From: an uncultured Dehalococcoidia bacterium
GTDB taxonomy: Bacteria; Chloroflexota; Dehalococcoidia; SZUA-161
Reading direction: 5' to 3'
Assembly (NCBI GenBank): GCA_964574685.1
Contig: CAZNOI010000005.1
Span: 1,493-65,492, forward strand
Length of the DNA stretch: 64,000 nt
Shown: positions 43,904 through 53,360 of the stretch, in pieces
How positions within the stretch are numbered: position 1 is the first letter of the stretch
Layout of the letters: each line of letters opens with the position of its first letter
Program-made: the position numbers and the translations under genes
Notes under the pieces: generated by a model
Seen by the model: only the letters and a program-made list of their open reading frames with translations
What the model was told of the DNA's origin: nothing
Databases searched by the model: none

Positions 43904-45820
43904 TTGTCGGGTAGCGGGTACGCGGGCAGGATACTGAAGGTCAACCTCACATCGAGAAGGACGGCCGAGGTCGACACCGCTCAGTACGCGAAGGACTTCA
44001 TCGGAGGCCGAGGTATAGCAGCCCGGCTGTACTGGGACGGGGTACCGCCCTCTTGCAGTCCGTTCGATGCGGAGAACCAGCTCATCTTCATGACCGGTCC
44101 GGCCTGCGACGTGCCTGGATTCGGCAGCCGGTTCCAGGTATGCGGGAAGTCCGCCATCAGCGGCACCTTCTCCTACTGCAACCTCGGTGGCTCGTGGGGC
44201 GCTCATCTGAAGCGCGCCGGGTACGACGGGGCCCTGATCAGCGGCGCATCGGAGACGCCCGTCTACCTGTTGATCGACAACGGCAAGGTCGAGATCAGGG
44301 ACGCGAGCCATCTGGCGGGCACTCCGGGATTCACCTGCGAGTCGATGCTCAAGAAGGAGCTCGGCGAGGCTGTTAGCGTGCTGACGATCGGTCCCGCCGG
44401 GGAGAATGGAGTCGTTTTCGCCACGCTCCTGGCTGCCGACAACTCGTGCGGCACCGGTGGTCTCGCAGCGGTCATGGGTTCCAAGAACCTCAAGGCGATG
44501 GCTGTAAGGGGCGAGGGCAAGGTCGGAGTAGCCGACAGAGACAGGCTGGTTCGCATCAGGGCCAGGTTGAACGAAATACGCGCCGGTCTCCCCGAGTCCA
44601 TGAAGACCCTGGGGTGGCTTCTCCCGATAGAGGGCCTGAAGCCCAGCATCTGTCATGCGTGTCCCACCGGATGCGTCCGCGTGAGCTATCGCAAGGAGGA
44701 TGGTTCTGAAAGGAAGTTCATGTGTCAGGCCGCTCTCTTCTATCAGACCCGCGCCGAGCGATTCTACGGCGGGCCTACGAGAGCACCGTTGCGCGCCACG
44801 GAAGTCTGCGATGACTACGGCCTGGATACGCGGGCTACCGAGACCATGATCATGTGGTTGAGCAGGTGTCACAAGTCGGGCCTGTTGAGCGACGAGCAAA
44901 CAGGCATTCCGCTCTCGAAAATGGGGAGCACGGAGTTCATCGAGAGCCTGGTATCACGCGTTGCCCGTCGAGAGGGTTTCGGAGACCTGCTGGCCGGAGG
45001 CACCAGCAAGGCGGCAGAGGCCCTCGGCTCGGAGGCGCAGAAGCATATCAAGGACTACATGACCGCTACCGGCGACAACGACATATACGGGCCGAGGCTG
45101 TACATGACTACCGGCATCTTCTACGCAATGGAGCCCAGAATGCCGATCCACCAGCTTCACGAGGTGAGCGTGCCCGTCATGATGTGGGCGGCGAACGCCA
45201 TGGGAATGGAGGATGTGTTCGTGACTTCGCCTGTGTTGCGGGCGATGGCGGGTCGGATGATGGGGAGCGAGGAAGCGATGGACTTCTCGACCTGTGCCGG
45301 AAAGGCCGTGGCCGCAGTTAGGATTCAGGATAGGGAGTTTGCCAAGGAGAGCCTGATACTCTGTGACCTGACCTGGCCGGTCTTCTTCGACCGCGGCTCG
45401 GGCAATTCAGTGGGCGACCCGAGCATTGAGAGTCAGGTCTACTCGGCGATATCCGGCAACGAGACCGACGAGGAAGGGCTCTACGCTGTGGGCGAGAGAG
45501 TATTCAACCTTCAGCGGGCGATACTGGCAAGAGAAGGGCACGCCGGTCGAGCCCATGACACCATAGACGAGTTCAACTTCACGAGCCCTCTGAAGGGCGA
45601 TTTCGGCAACCCGGAGTGCATAGTCCCCGGCGCCGGCGGTGCACCAACATCGAGAAAGGGCGCATTCCTCGACCGCGACGAGTTTGAGGCGCTGAAGAGC
45701 GAGTTCTATGGCTTGAGGGGATGGGATATCTCGACTGGACTGCAGTCGGTCCAGAAGCTGGGCGATATCGGCCTGAGTGAAATGGCCGTCGAACTGGAGA
45801 GGCTCGGACTCGCCGCCTGA
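43904..45820 (+). CDS. Aldehyde:ferredoxin oxidoreductase family protein (divergent paralog)
   Basis: GYAGRILKVNLT, IGPAGEN, AVMGSKNLKA, CHACPTGC, FYGLRGWD; the GPEYE motif is not conserved. Confidence 0.88.
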   Translation: MSGSGYAGRILKVNLTSRRTAEVDTAQYAKDFIGGRGIAARLYWDGVPPSCSPFDAENQLIFMTGPACDVPGFGSRFQVCGKSAISGTFSYCNLGGSWGAHLKRAGYDGALISGASETPVYLLIDNGKVEIRDASHLAGTPGFTCESMLKKELGEAVSVLTIGPAGENGVVFATLLAADNSCGTGGLAAVMGSKNLKAMAVRGEGKVGVADRDRLVRIRARLNEIRAGLPESMKTLGWLLPIEGLKPSICHACPTGCVRVSYRKEDGSERKFMCQAALFYQTRAERFYGGPTRAPLRATEVCDDYGLDTRATETMIMWLSRCHKSGLLSDEQTGIPLSKMGSTEFIESLVSRVARREGFGDLLAGGTSKAAEALGSEAQKHIKDYMTATGDNDIYGPRLYMTTGIFYAMEPRMPIHQLHEVSVPVMMWAANAMGMEDVFVTSPVLRAMAGRMMGSEEAMDFSTCAGKAVAAVRIQDREFAKESLILCDLTWPVFFDRGSGNSVGDPSIESQVYSAISGNETDEEGLYAVGERVFNLQRAILAREGHAGRAHDTIDEFNFTSPLKGDFGNPECIVPGAGGAPTSRKGAFLDRDEFEALKSEFYGLRGWDISTGLQSVQKLGDIGLSEMAVELERLGLAA

Positions 45821-45859
45821 CATCCTCGGCAGGCAAGGGAGCCTCGTGCTCTATTGTGA

Positions 45860-46045
45860 CTACCTCTTGACGAGCTTGAGCTTCTTGACTTCGCCTCGGA
45901 AGCCCAGACTTGTGCTCAGCCTGTCCCTGAGGTAGCTAAGGACTTCTTCCTCGGTCTGGTTGCTGGCCCACTGTTCGTTGAGCGACAGAGTGACCTTCAG
46001 TGAGACCTCTTTGTTTGCCAAGCGATCACCTCCATCAACCATCAT
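45860..46045 (-). CDS. Small hypothetical protein
   Basis: 61-aa ORF with GC3-rich codons; probable TTG start at about 46021 after a GGAGGTG RBS. Confidence 0.55.
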   Translation of the reverse strand: MMVDGGDRLANKEVSLKVTLSLNEQWASNQTEEEVLSYLRDRLSTSLGFRGEVKKLKLVKR

Positions 46046-46106
46046 TATACATCAGGTGAAGGCATCGTGCCGAGAGAAATCTGAGACGCCGGAAGTTTCC
46101 CCGTGT

Positions 46107-46304
46107 TCACTGCCCGTCGTCGGCGAAGGCATCCAAGAAGGCCTGGGGCACTTCGGGGCTGCGGGTCACATACCCACGGCAGACCTCAACGAAACGAGCG
46201 AAAGCGTCGATATCCGTGAAGGCGAGATTCCCGACCCCGTCACCCCGCAGCACGACGTGAACGTGATCGTTGCCACACTGGAAGATATCGACCTGCATTT
46301 CCAT
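46107..46304 (-). CDS. Small hypothetical protein
   Basis: 65-aa ORF with gene-like codon usage, co-oriented with 45860..46045. Confidence 0.55.
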   Translation of the reverse strand: MEMQVDIFQCGNDHVHVVLRGDGVGNLAFTDIDAFARFVEVCRGYVTRSPEVPQAFLDAFADDGQ

Positions 46305-46426
46305 CCTGTCGGTCCGCCGGAACCCCTTTTTCGTCTTCCTCTTGCTCGAACCCTAGCACATCTTGCCTCGAGGACACCATAGTCCAATTCTCTCTATTGT
46401 CTTGGGAAAATAGTACCAGCAAGTGC

Positions 46427-46580
46427 TTGACGTTTACATTACAGAGCTTAACATATCGTTGCGTTGGCGTTACAATTGCATGGGCAATCGACTTCACCAG
46501 TGTTCCCTCGACTGGGGGAAGGCTCGTCGGTTCGGCGAACCAACGCGTGGGGTTGACAATGAGATCGAAAAGCCGATAAT
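46427..46580 (+). promoter_or_regulatory. Two candidate tandem sigma70 promoters for the tubulin-like operon
   Basis: TTGACG-16 bp-TAACAT at 46427-46454 and TTGACA-16 bp-GATAAT at 46553-46580. Confidence 0.4.
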
Positions 46581-47085
46581 GGTTGGGCAGTCCGTAGCAG
46601 TCCGCTGCGGACTGAGAATATGAGTCACGAGTAGCTGTCAGTCCGTGCGGTTGTTTCGGCACTGCCTGTCGAACTTGGGCCGGGCCTGAGACAGCGGGTC
46701 TGTCATTTTGCGCCAGCAACCAAGAGGGTGGCTTCGGTGAACTGCTATGCAGCGCTTGTGTATGACTGCGGGGGCACCGGCGCTCGGACAAGGATTCGAG
46801 GCTGCACAGGGAATAGTACTTCCGAACCCAGTACCATCTCCCCATAGGTACCCACCCGAAAGGGCTATTGCTGGTAACTGACAGGTTTGCTAAGGTCTGA
46901 CCGGGAGAAGCGCATTGCCTGCCGGTGCGCACAGGTACGCACAGGGACCCAGCCCGTTCGGTGCCGGAGACCTCTTTCGGGAAAAGGCGATTCAGGGGGC
47001 GCCACAGGGGAGTGAACGGTCAGAGGGCAACAACCGCAGGCCTGATACTGACGGCTCGATGTGATCCCAGCGAGAAGGAGTGTCA

Positions 47086-48261
47086 GTGATGTCCTGCTTA
47101 CGTCTTTCCCGACTTGCCAGACTCGTCCTGGTGGCCATGTTCCTGCTCACGGCGCTGTACGCTGTTCCGCTTGCCAGCGCCCAGGAACCCGCGCTCTCGG
47201 TGGACCTCAAGTCTTACACTATCCGTGACGTCAGCAACACGGATGTCACCGGCGAGCTTCTCCTCGCGGGAGATACCTATACAGTCTACTTCGACGTCGA
47301 GGTGAGCACCGAGTTGCCGGACACCAGGCTGGCGCTGTCCACCTCGCTGGAGAAAGCGGAGGATGTTTACTGGTCTCTTGAGAATGAGGACGAGTACACC
47401 GGAGTCGATACCGGAAGCTGGCAGCCCGGCCAGTCCTCGATCGAGTTCAATGCCGCTAAGGGCGTTGCCAACTTCGTCCTGACAGGAACGGTGCCGATCA
47501 ACTACACAACCGAAGTGCTCGCGAATGGCGACAGCGAGGTCACGCTGCATCGCGTCAAGACCATACCCATGGTCACCCTCTCCCTGGGCACCGAAGGTGA
47601 GCTGCTCGACCAGCGGACATCCGAAGTCGTCGACCAGAATATCCTTGCCTATCGGCAGATACTTACGGAGAAGAAGAGCCTTCTGCAGGGCGCTTCAGCC
47701 GATCCCACGTACTCCGACCTGGCGCAGGACATACTGGACATAGCCGAGACCCAGGGGGATCAGGGCTTTGTCGCGACTGCTCGCGCCCTGCTCAACACGT
47801 TGCCGGGCAGCCCGTCGGAGTTCCCCGGCGTCCAAGAATACGAGCAGGCGAAGTCCGCGAAGCTGAACGTTCTCCAGTCAACAGAGACCCAGCCTGAGTA
47901 CGAACAGCTCGTTTCTGAAATGATCGCACTGGCGGACGACCTCAATGCGGCAGGGTATTCGAACAACGCTATCGACGTGCTCGAAGCGCTGCCCGGCTCG
48001 GCTTTGGAGTACCCCGAGCCAATCGCCGGCGACTCATCTTTCATTTACATAATCGTCATCGTGATAGTGGTAATACTGCTGATTGCCGTGCTGGCGCTGC
48101 TGCTGAGGGCTCGGTCCAATGTCAGTTTTGTGAAACAACAGGTCGATGAGGAAATCGGGAGACTCGATGTACTCCTGGTCAGAATAGGCAGAGTAGACAA
48201 GCAGCTTGCACGTGATGTCGAGCAGGTTAAGGAGCAGCTCGAGAGGCTCAGCGGGAGGTGA
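47086..48261 (+). CDS. Secreted protein with C-terminal TM anchor and short cytoplasmic coiled coil
   Basis: Signal peptide ending LASA-QEP, internal tandem helical repeat, TM IYIIVIVIVVILLIAVLALLL, heptad-like tail. GTG/ATG start at 47086/47089 after GAAGGAG. Confidence 0.8.
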   Translation: MMSCLRLSRLARLVLVAMFLLTALYAVPLASAQEPALSVDLKSYTIRDVSNTDVTGELLLAGDTYTVYFDVEVSTELPDTRLALSTSLEKAEDVYWSLENEDEYTGVDTGSWQPGQSSIEFNAAKGVANFVLTGTVPINYTTEVLANGDSEVTLHRVKTIPMVTLSLGTEGELLDQRTSEVVDQNILAYRQILTEKKSLLQGASADPTYSDLAQDILDIAETQGDQGFVATARALLNTLPGSPSEFPGVQEYEQAKSAKLNVLQSTETQPEYEQLVSEMIALADDLNAAGYSNNAIDVLEALPGSALEYPEPIAGDSSFIYIIVIVIVVILLIAVLALLLRARSNVSFVKQQVDEEIGRLDVLLVRIGRVDKQLARDVEQVKEQLERLSGR

Positions 48262-48265
48262 AGCA

Positions 48266-50956
48266 ATGGCTCGCTCTGTGACCTACAATTCTTCCCTGCA
48301 ACTGGTTGGCTTGGGTGGAACGGGCGTCAACATAATCGAAGCCTTCATCAATAATCGCAAGGCCCTGTTGCCGATCCTGAAGAAGGAGGGCATCAGGGTG
48401 TCGTGTCTGGCCATAGACGTCGCGGACCACGACATCCAGAGTCTCGAGGAGTCGGGCCGGGACCTCGCAGACCAGCTCAGGGAAGAGGGCATCCCGTCGG
48501 ACAAGCTGTGGCTTACTGCGAAGTCAGTCAAGTTCCCCACTCCGGAAAGCATGTTCGATTTCATAAACAAATACCCCGAGTACCTGAGTCGGGAAGGCGT
48601 GGAGATAGTCGGGGAATACCAACCCTGGCTGTCGTCATCAATGGATATACCGCCTCTCGCAGGGGGCGTGGGCAGGAGACGGGCGCTCTCCAAGGCGATC
48701 TACGGCCTGAACTACCATCATCTCAGACTGCTCGACAGCTACATGGATGGGTTCAAGGAGCACCTCTTCACTTCGACGGTTCAGCCTGTTGTCTTCGTCA
48801 TCTATGGTCTCGGCGGCGGCAGCGGGAGCGGCATGGTACTGGACTTCACCCGGCACTTGAGGAAGAAGATAGGCAGCGGCGTGCCCATAATCGGGATCTG
48901 CGTGCTGCCATGTGCGGGCGACGACCCACCCGCAAAGGGCACATCAGCGTACGGTTCGCTCGTAGAGGCCGGAACGATGATCGACCGGCAGAGCAACCTG
49001 AAGACCATGCAGCAATTCGGAGGGCCGTACGAGAACCCGTTCAGCGCCTTCCTGGTGATGCCGCTGGGCCCTGCCTACAGCAAGACGGCGAGTCTCATCG
49101 ACGCCAAGCGAATCATCGATGACGCCATAGTCGACGTTCTGACGAACTCGATGAACTTCGACCTCGCTGACCTGCTCAGCAACATCGGCTCGAACATCGA
49201 CATGGAAGGCAACTGGCTCCATCTGCTCTCCACTCTGAGGATAAGCTTCCCGGTCACGGAGTTCATAGAGGTGACCAAGGTGTATCTTGAGCGGCTGGAC
49301 AAGGTCCGGGCGCTTCGCCGCGAGAAGCGGGAGGTTTTCGGCGGCACACATCCTACGGAGACGGGTGGTGTCAACAAGGTACTCAGCATCTGCAACCACG
49401 ACCTCAAGGAGATCTACAGGCAGGTGCTCATCGAGTCGGGCAAGTACAACGCGGAGACATTCGACGACGCCGTCGAGAGTATGGTGAACGCGGACCGGTC
49501 GGTCGAGGCCGAGTACATTATGCACTTGAAGGGCGTCGACGATTCGATCAAGACCCAGGTGAACGAACTGGGCCGACCTGTCATGGCCATTGGACTGGAT
49601 GCGCCCGATGGCACTGTCGAATCGATGATTCGCAAGCAGGCGTCCCGGCTTATCGAACTGGGTGCGTGCATCTCCAAGAGCTATGGCGAGTTCCTCGACG
49701 AGGTGGACGACATCCTCGAAGGCCTGAGGGATACGCTTCCCAGCGCTCAGCAGTTGACAGCGAAGGAAGTCCAGCTGGTCAACGACGTCTCCGAGCTTGC
49801 GGCAATGATACGGGACTACCTCGGCAGTCTCCGGTTGTACCTGGAGACCAAGAAGCTCGCCGACAAGCTGCAGAAGCAGTTGCAGAAGGCCGAGGAGACG
49901 GAATCCCGGCAGATGCAACTGGGCAGGGTCGAGCAGATTATCAACCCTGAACTGGTTGTCCTCTTCTCGCTGCTTTCTTCCATGTTCACGCCCGTGAGCA
50001 CTCAGCTCAAGAGCATGGACTCGCTGATGGTCAACTGTCGCAGGGTCCGGCGTGTTCTCGAGGACGAAGCTTCGCGCATCAACACGGAGGTCGACAATCT
50101 TGAGTTGAATCGCAAGGCGAAGCAGGTGGAGCGGAACAGGGCCAACAAGGAGATGAGGGGTATCAGGGTCGGGTTCCTGGCCCGGGGAAAGAGGCAGCTC
50201 TGGGAGGAAAGGAGCAAGAAGCTGGGGAGAGCTCTCTCCTCAGTCGACGAGAGCCTCCGGCTGCTTGAAGACGATCAGGCCAAGGTGCATGACAAGATAG
50301 CCGTCTATTCGGGAATTGAGCGAAGGTTCGAGGTGAACTCCGAGTACCGGAAGTTGCTCACCAGCATAGCGGAGCTGTCGAATCGGCACTACGAGAAGAT
50401 GAACGAGATGGTTAGGGACAAGGGCTTCTACGACCGGACAGCCGAACTGACGGAAGACGTGCAGCTCCGGCTGATGCAGAAGATCCTGATGGAGGACGAG
50501 GCCTCTCTGTCCAGCGAGAACATACTGAATGAGATCATGGACAAGGACTACCTGAAGGAGTACCTGTCCAGCGTGCTGGGCATATTCAGGGTCCCGGGCA
50601 TCCTGGGAGTAACACCGGAGTACAAGACAGACTACATATGGTTCGCCGTAGTGTCACCGCGAGGAATCTGGGACCATGACCTTACGGCCGATGTGCGGGC
50701 CACATTCTCGGGATACGTGAAGTCCGATGCGTCCAGGAGCATAGCGATACGGGAGATAGACTCCGCCGACCCATGGACGGTGCGTTTCATGGTTATCGCC
50801 GCAAAGGGAGTCCCCCGGATGCTCGAGTGCTTCGCCGAGATGAAGCACATATACGACCAGTCCACGGAGGAGGAGAGACTGCTCGCTCACTCCTTCCTTC
50901 TTGAGCAAGGCGTACACCCGTCGCGCGAGAAGGAACCCGCCGAGAACGCCACGTAG
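48266..50956 (+). CDS. Tubulin/FtsZ-superfamily GTPase with long coiled-coil region (Tubulin_2/FtsZ-like), 896 aa
   Basis: T1 LVGLGGTG, T3 GGVGRRR, signature GLGGGSGSG, T7-like NFDLAD. Start at ATG 48266 after GGGAGGTG. Confidence 0.85.
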   Translation: MARSVTYNSSLQLVGLGGTGVNIIEAFINNRKALLPILKKEGIRVSCLAIDVADHDIQSLEESGRDLADQLREEGIPSDKLWLTAKSVKFPTPESMFDFINKYPEYLSREGVEIVGEYQPWLSSSMDIPPLAGGVGRRRALSKAIYGLNYHHLRLLDSYMDGFKEHLFTSTVQPVVFVIYGLGGGSGSGMVLDFTRHLRKKIGSGVPIIGICVLPCAGDDPPAKGTSAYGSLVEAGTMIDRQSNLKTMQQFGGPYENPFSAFLVMPLGPAYSKTASLIDAKRIIDDAIVDVLTNSMNFDLADLLSNIGSNIDMEGNWLHLLSTLRISFPVTEFIEVTKVYLERLDKVRALRREKREVFGGTHPTETGGVNKVLSICNHDLKEIYRQVLIESGKYNAETFDDAVESMVNADRSVEAEYIMHLKGVDDSIKTQVNELGRPVMAIGLDAPDGTVESMIRKQASRLIELGACISKSYGEFLDEVDDILEGLRDTLPSAQQLTAKEVQLVNDVSELAAMIRDYLGSLRLYLETKKLADKLQKQLQKAEETESRQMQLGRVEQIINPELVVLFSLLSSMFTPVSTQLKSMDSLMVNCRRVRRVLEDEASRINTEVDNLELNRKAKQVERNRANKEMRGIRVGFLARGKRQLWEERSKKLGRALSSVDESLRLLEDDQAKVHDKIAVYSGIERRFEVNSEYRKLLTSIAELSNRHYEKMNEMVRDKGFYDRTAELTEDVQLRLMQKILMEDEASLSSENILNEIMDKDYLKEYLSSVLGIFRVPGILGVTPEYKTDYIWFAVVSPRGIWDHDLTADVRATFSGYVKSDASRSIAIREIDSADPWTVRFMVIAAKGVPRMLECFAEMKHIYDQSTEEERLLAHSFLLEQGVHPSREKEPAENAT

Positions 50957-51018
50957 CGCCACGGGGAATCGGCTGCGCAAACCTCCTGGTCGCAGCGCCG
51001 GACGCGGGCTGCAGTGCA

Positions 51019-53352
51019 ATGGAAGACACTCTGCCTCAATTGAAGACAGAGCAGCAGTCCGAGGAGGAGCTGCTCCAGCGTCAGTGCCCGGTCGCGAAGA
51101 GCGAGGAGAGGTTCAGAGAGTTGCTTCTCAGGGCAACCATGTCTCTCTCCTTCCTGACCGCCGGTCTCATCGTCTACTACCTGTTGCCCTTCTATCCCTC
51201 GTCAATGTCCGTGTTCTTCGCCATCATGCTGGCGGTCATCGCCTTCCGCTGGCCGTCGGCGGCCCTCGCGGTCTTGCTGGTGTTGGCCGCGCCCGCGTAC
51301 GCCTATCAACTCGGTGGCGCGATGTGGGCGCTGGGCGTGATGCTGGCTCTCGCAGCGGTGCTGCCCTTCTGCGTGAGCAGACTGCCAGGAGCCATAATCG
51401 GATGCGTAGCGGGCACGGCGGCAGGGGTGTTGGTCCTCAGTCCGTACTTTCTGCTCTCGCTGCCACTACTGGTGGGGGCGACCCTGTTTCGACTTAAGGG
51501 TTCGTCCATGGCGGGCCTGTGGGCGGTACTGATGTTCCTGGCATTCCACCTGCCGTTTCTGAGCGTTGCGCAATCGACCGGTACGCAGGCCGGAGTGGTG
51601 CCCCTGTTGACGTCGGTGGACTACGCGCAGAGGCCCTCACTGGAGTACCTGGGGCTGGAGCCGCTCAAGGCTGCCTTCGGAGAAGCGCCCGCAGGCTTCG
51701 GTGACCTCTCGGGCTTCTCGGCCTATTTCGTTGAGGGCTGGGGCGGCATTGCACTGGTCCTGACACTGGTGCTGGCGGTCATCGGCGTCCCGACGTTGCT
51801 CAACCTGTCGCGGAGGGTGAGGCACAGGGGCATGCTGACGAGAGGCATGATGCCGGTCCTGACGCTGCTGGCCGTTGAGTTGGTCTTCCTGGTTCCGCTC
51901 CAGTTGCTGGACAGGCCGCTTCGGTACTACACCGGATTCAACCAATGGGACAACATAGCTGTACTCACGGCGATAGTGCTGTTCATGGGCGGTATGGGCT
52001 TCGCCGTCGAGTTCTGGCTGAGCCGGCGGGACCTGCGAGTGAACCTGGCGGGGCAGGTCTCAGCACTCACGGACGAGCTGGAGATACTGCTTGAAGACGC
52101 AAGGCAGGGCCTGCAGCAGGTGGCCTACGTATGTCGGGGCAGGGACCTCAGCGACGAGAAGGCCGCTGTTTCTCAGAGTGAGGAGAAGGTGGCGATGACT
52201 GTCGAGAGCCTGAGCGCCCTTTCGGTGCCCAGGCTCGAGGTGACTCTCAGCGAGTTCTCGAGTATGAGGAAGCAACTGCGCGATACCAAGGTGCAGCTAC
52301 AGTTGAAGCTACTAGGCCACCTTGACGATTGCCGGCGTTCGTACAAGGCGACTGTGGAGGGCGCGAGGCTGTTGGGCATGCCGGTCGCCCGTGACGCAAT
52401 CGGCCCCGACGTGTTCTCACCCGATGGGGATGACTACGAGAGCGTGCTCCTCGAGCAGGAAGAGCTGAACAAGGCCTTCTCGGACCTTGCGAGCGAGCTT
52501 GTAGCTGCAGGGGAGATGCTGGCCGAAATCGTCAAGGAGGAGATCGACCCCGAGTTTTCCCTCACCACGATAGACATCGGCCGTGGCTTCCTGGAACAGG
52601 GTAGATACGAGGAGGCCGCGCGGACGATCCTGGAGGACCTCCAGATTATCGACGGCAGAATCGAGAGCCCCATTGCTGAGCTGGCGACCAAAGTGGTAGT
52701 GATGGCAAGCGCCCTGCGCGACGTCACCTCCAGCCATATCATTCCGATGTTTGAGGCACTGGGAGACACGGATTCTGTCGAAAGGTATCGTCAAGTGATT
52801 GCCGACCTGGATGAGATCGCCAGATCCGTACAAGGATCTCGCACATTGGCCGACCTCATCGGCATCGTCGAGCAGAGCAGAAGACTGGCGGATACCGCCA
52901 TATTGACGGTCACGGAACTCAGACACAAATCGCGTTCCCTGGAGTCCGCAAACGACCGGCTGTGTCCGGTCAGATACAACTGGGGCAAGAACAGCCACAT
53001 GACCGGTGAGGTGCAGCAGTTGCTCCACACCATCGAATCCGAATCGGCGGGCCTGACCATCAGCAGCCGCTTCAGCGTGATCGAGAACGCTGTGCAGGCC
53101 GCCGAGCAGCAGGCCAGGATCATACGGAAGTACAGCCAGGCCAGCGAGTTCCTCATCAACTACCCCAATGTCGAATATGTCATCGAGGAGAAGCTGAAGG
53201 GCGACGGGGGAGTAGTCAGGTCTGATGTCCCGGTGAACGCCAAGTACGCCGCCGAGTACCTGAAGCTCTTCGCGGCGAAGCACTACGAGTACGTGGTGTT
53301 TGACCCACGTACGGCCACTCTCAAGCAGAAGTCCGGGAAGAAGACGGGCTAG
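51019..53352 (+). CDS. Multi-pass membrane protein with long cytoplasmic helical/coiled-coil domain
   Basis: About ten hydrophobic helices in the first 340 aa, then about 430 aa of amphipathic helices. Confidence 0.8.
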   Translation: MEDTLPQLKTEQQSEEELLQRQCPVAKSEERFRELLLRATMSLSFLTAGLIVYYLLPFYPSSMSVFFAIMLAVIAFRWPSAALAVLLVLAAPAYAYQLGGAMWALGVMLALAAVLPFCVSRLPGAIIGCVAGTAAGVLVLSPYFLLSLPLLVGATLFRLKGSSMAGLWAVLMFLAFHLPFLSVAQSTGTQAGVVPLLTSVDYAQRPSLEYLGLEPLKAAFGEAPAGFGDLSGFSAYFVEGWGGIALVLTLVLAVIGVPTLLNLSRRVRHRGMLTRGMMPVLTLLAVELVFLVPLQLLDRPLRYYTGFNQWDNIAVLTAIVLFMGGMGFAVEFWLSRRDLRVNLAGQVSALTDELEILLEDARQGLQQVAYVCRGRDLSDEKAAVSQSEEKVAMTVESLSALSVPRLEVTLSEFSSMRKQLRDTKVQLQLKLLGHLDDCRRSYKATVEGARLLGMPVARDAIGPDVFSPDGDDYESVLLEQEELNKAFSDLASELVAAGEMLAEIVKEEIDPEFSLTTIDIGRGFLEQGRYEEAARTILEDLQIIDGRIESPIAELATKVVVMASALRDVTSSHIIPMFEALGDTDSVERYRQVIADLDEIARSVQGSRTLADLIGIVEQSRRLADTAILTVTELRHKSRSLESANDRLCPVRYNWGKNSHMTGEVQQLLHTIESESAGLTISSRFSVIENAVQAAEQQARIIRKYSQASEFLINYPNVEYVIEEKLKGDGGVVRSDVPVNAKYAAEYLKLFAAKHYEYVVFDPRTATLKQKSGKKTG

Positions 53353-53360
53353 CTCTGGAT

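Noticed and set aside
46690-46790. SAM-I riboswitch suggested by CAGCAACC
   Set aside because: The upstream ATCAAGAG and kink-turn elements and the downstream GGTGCYAA are absent.
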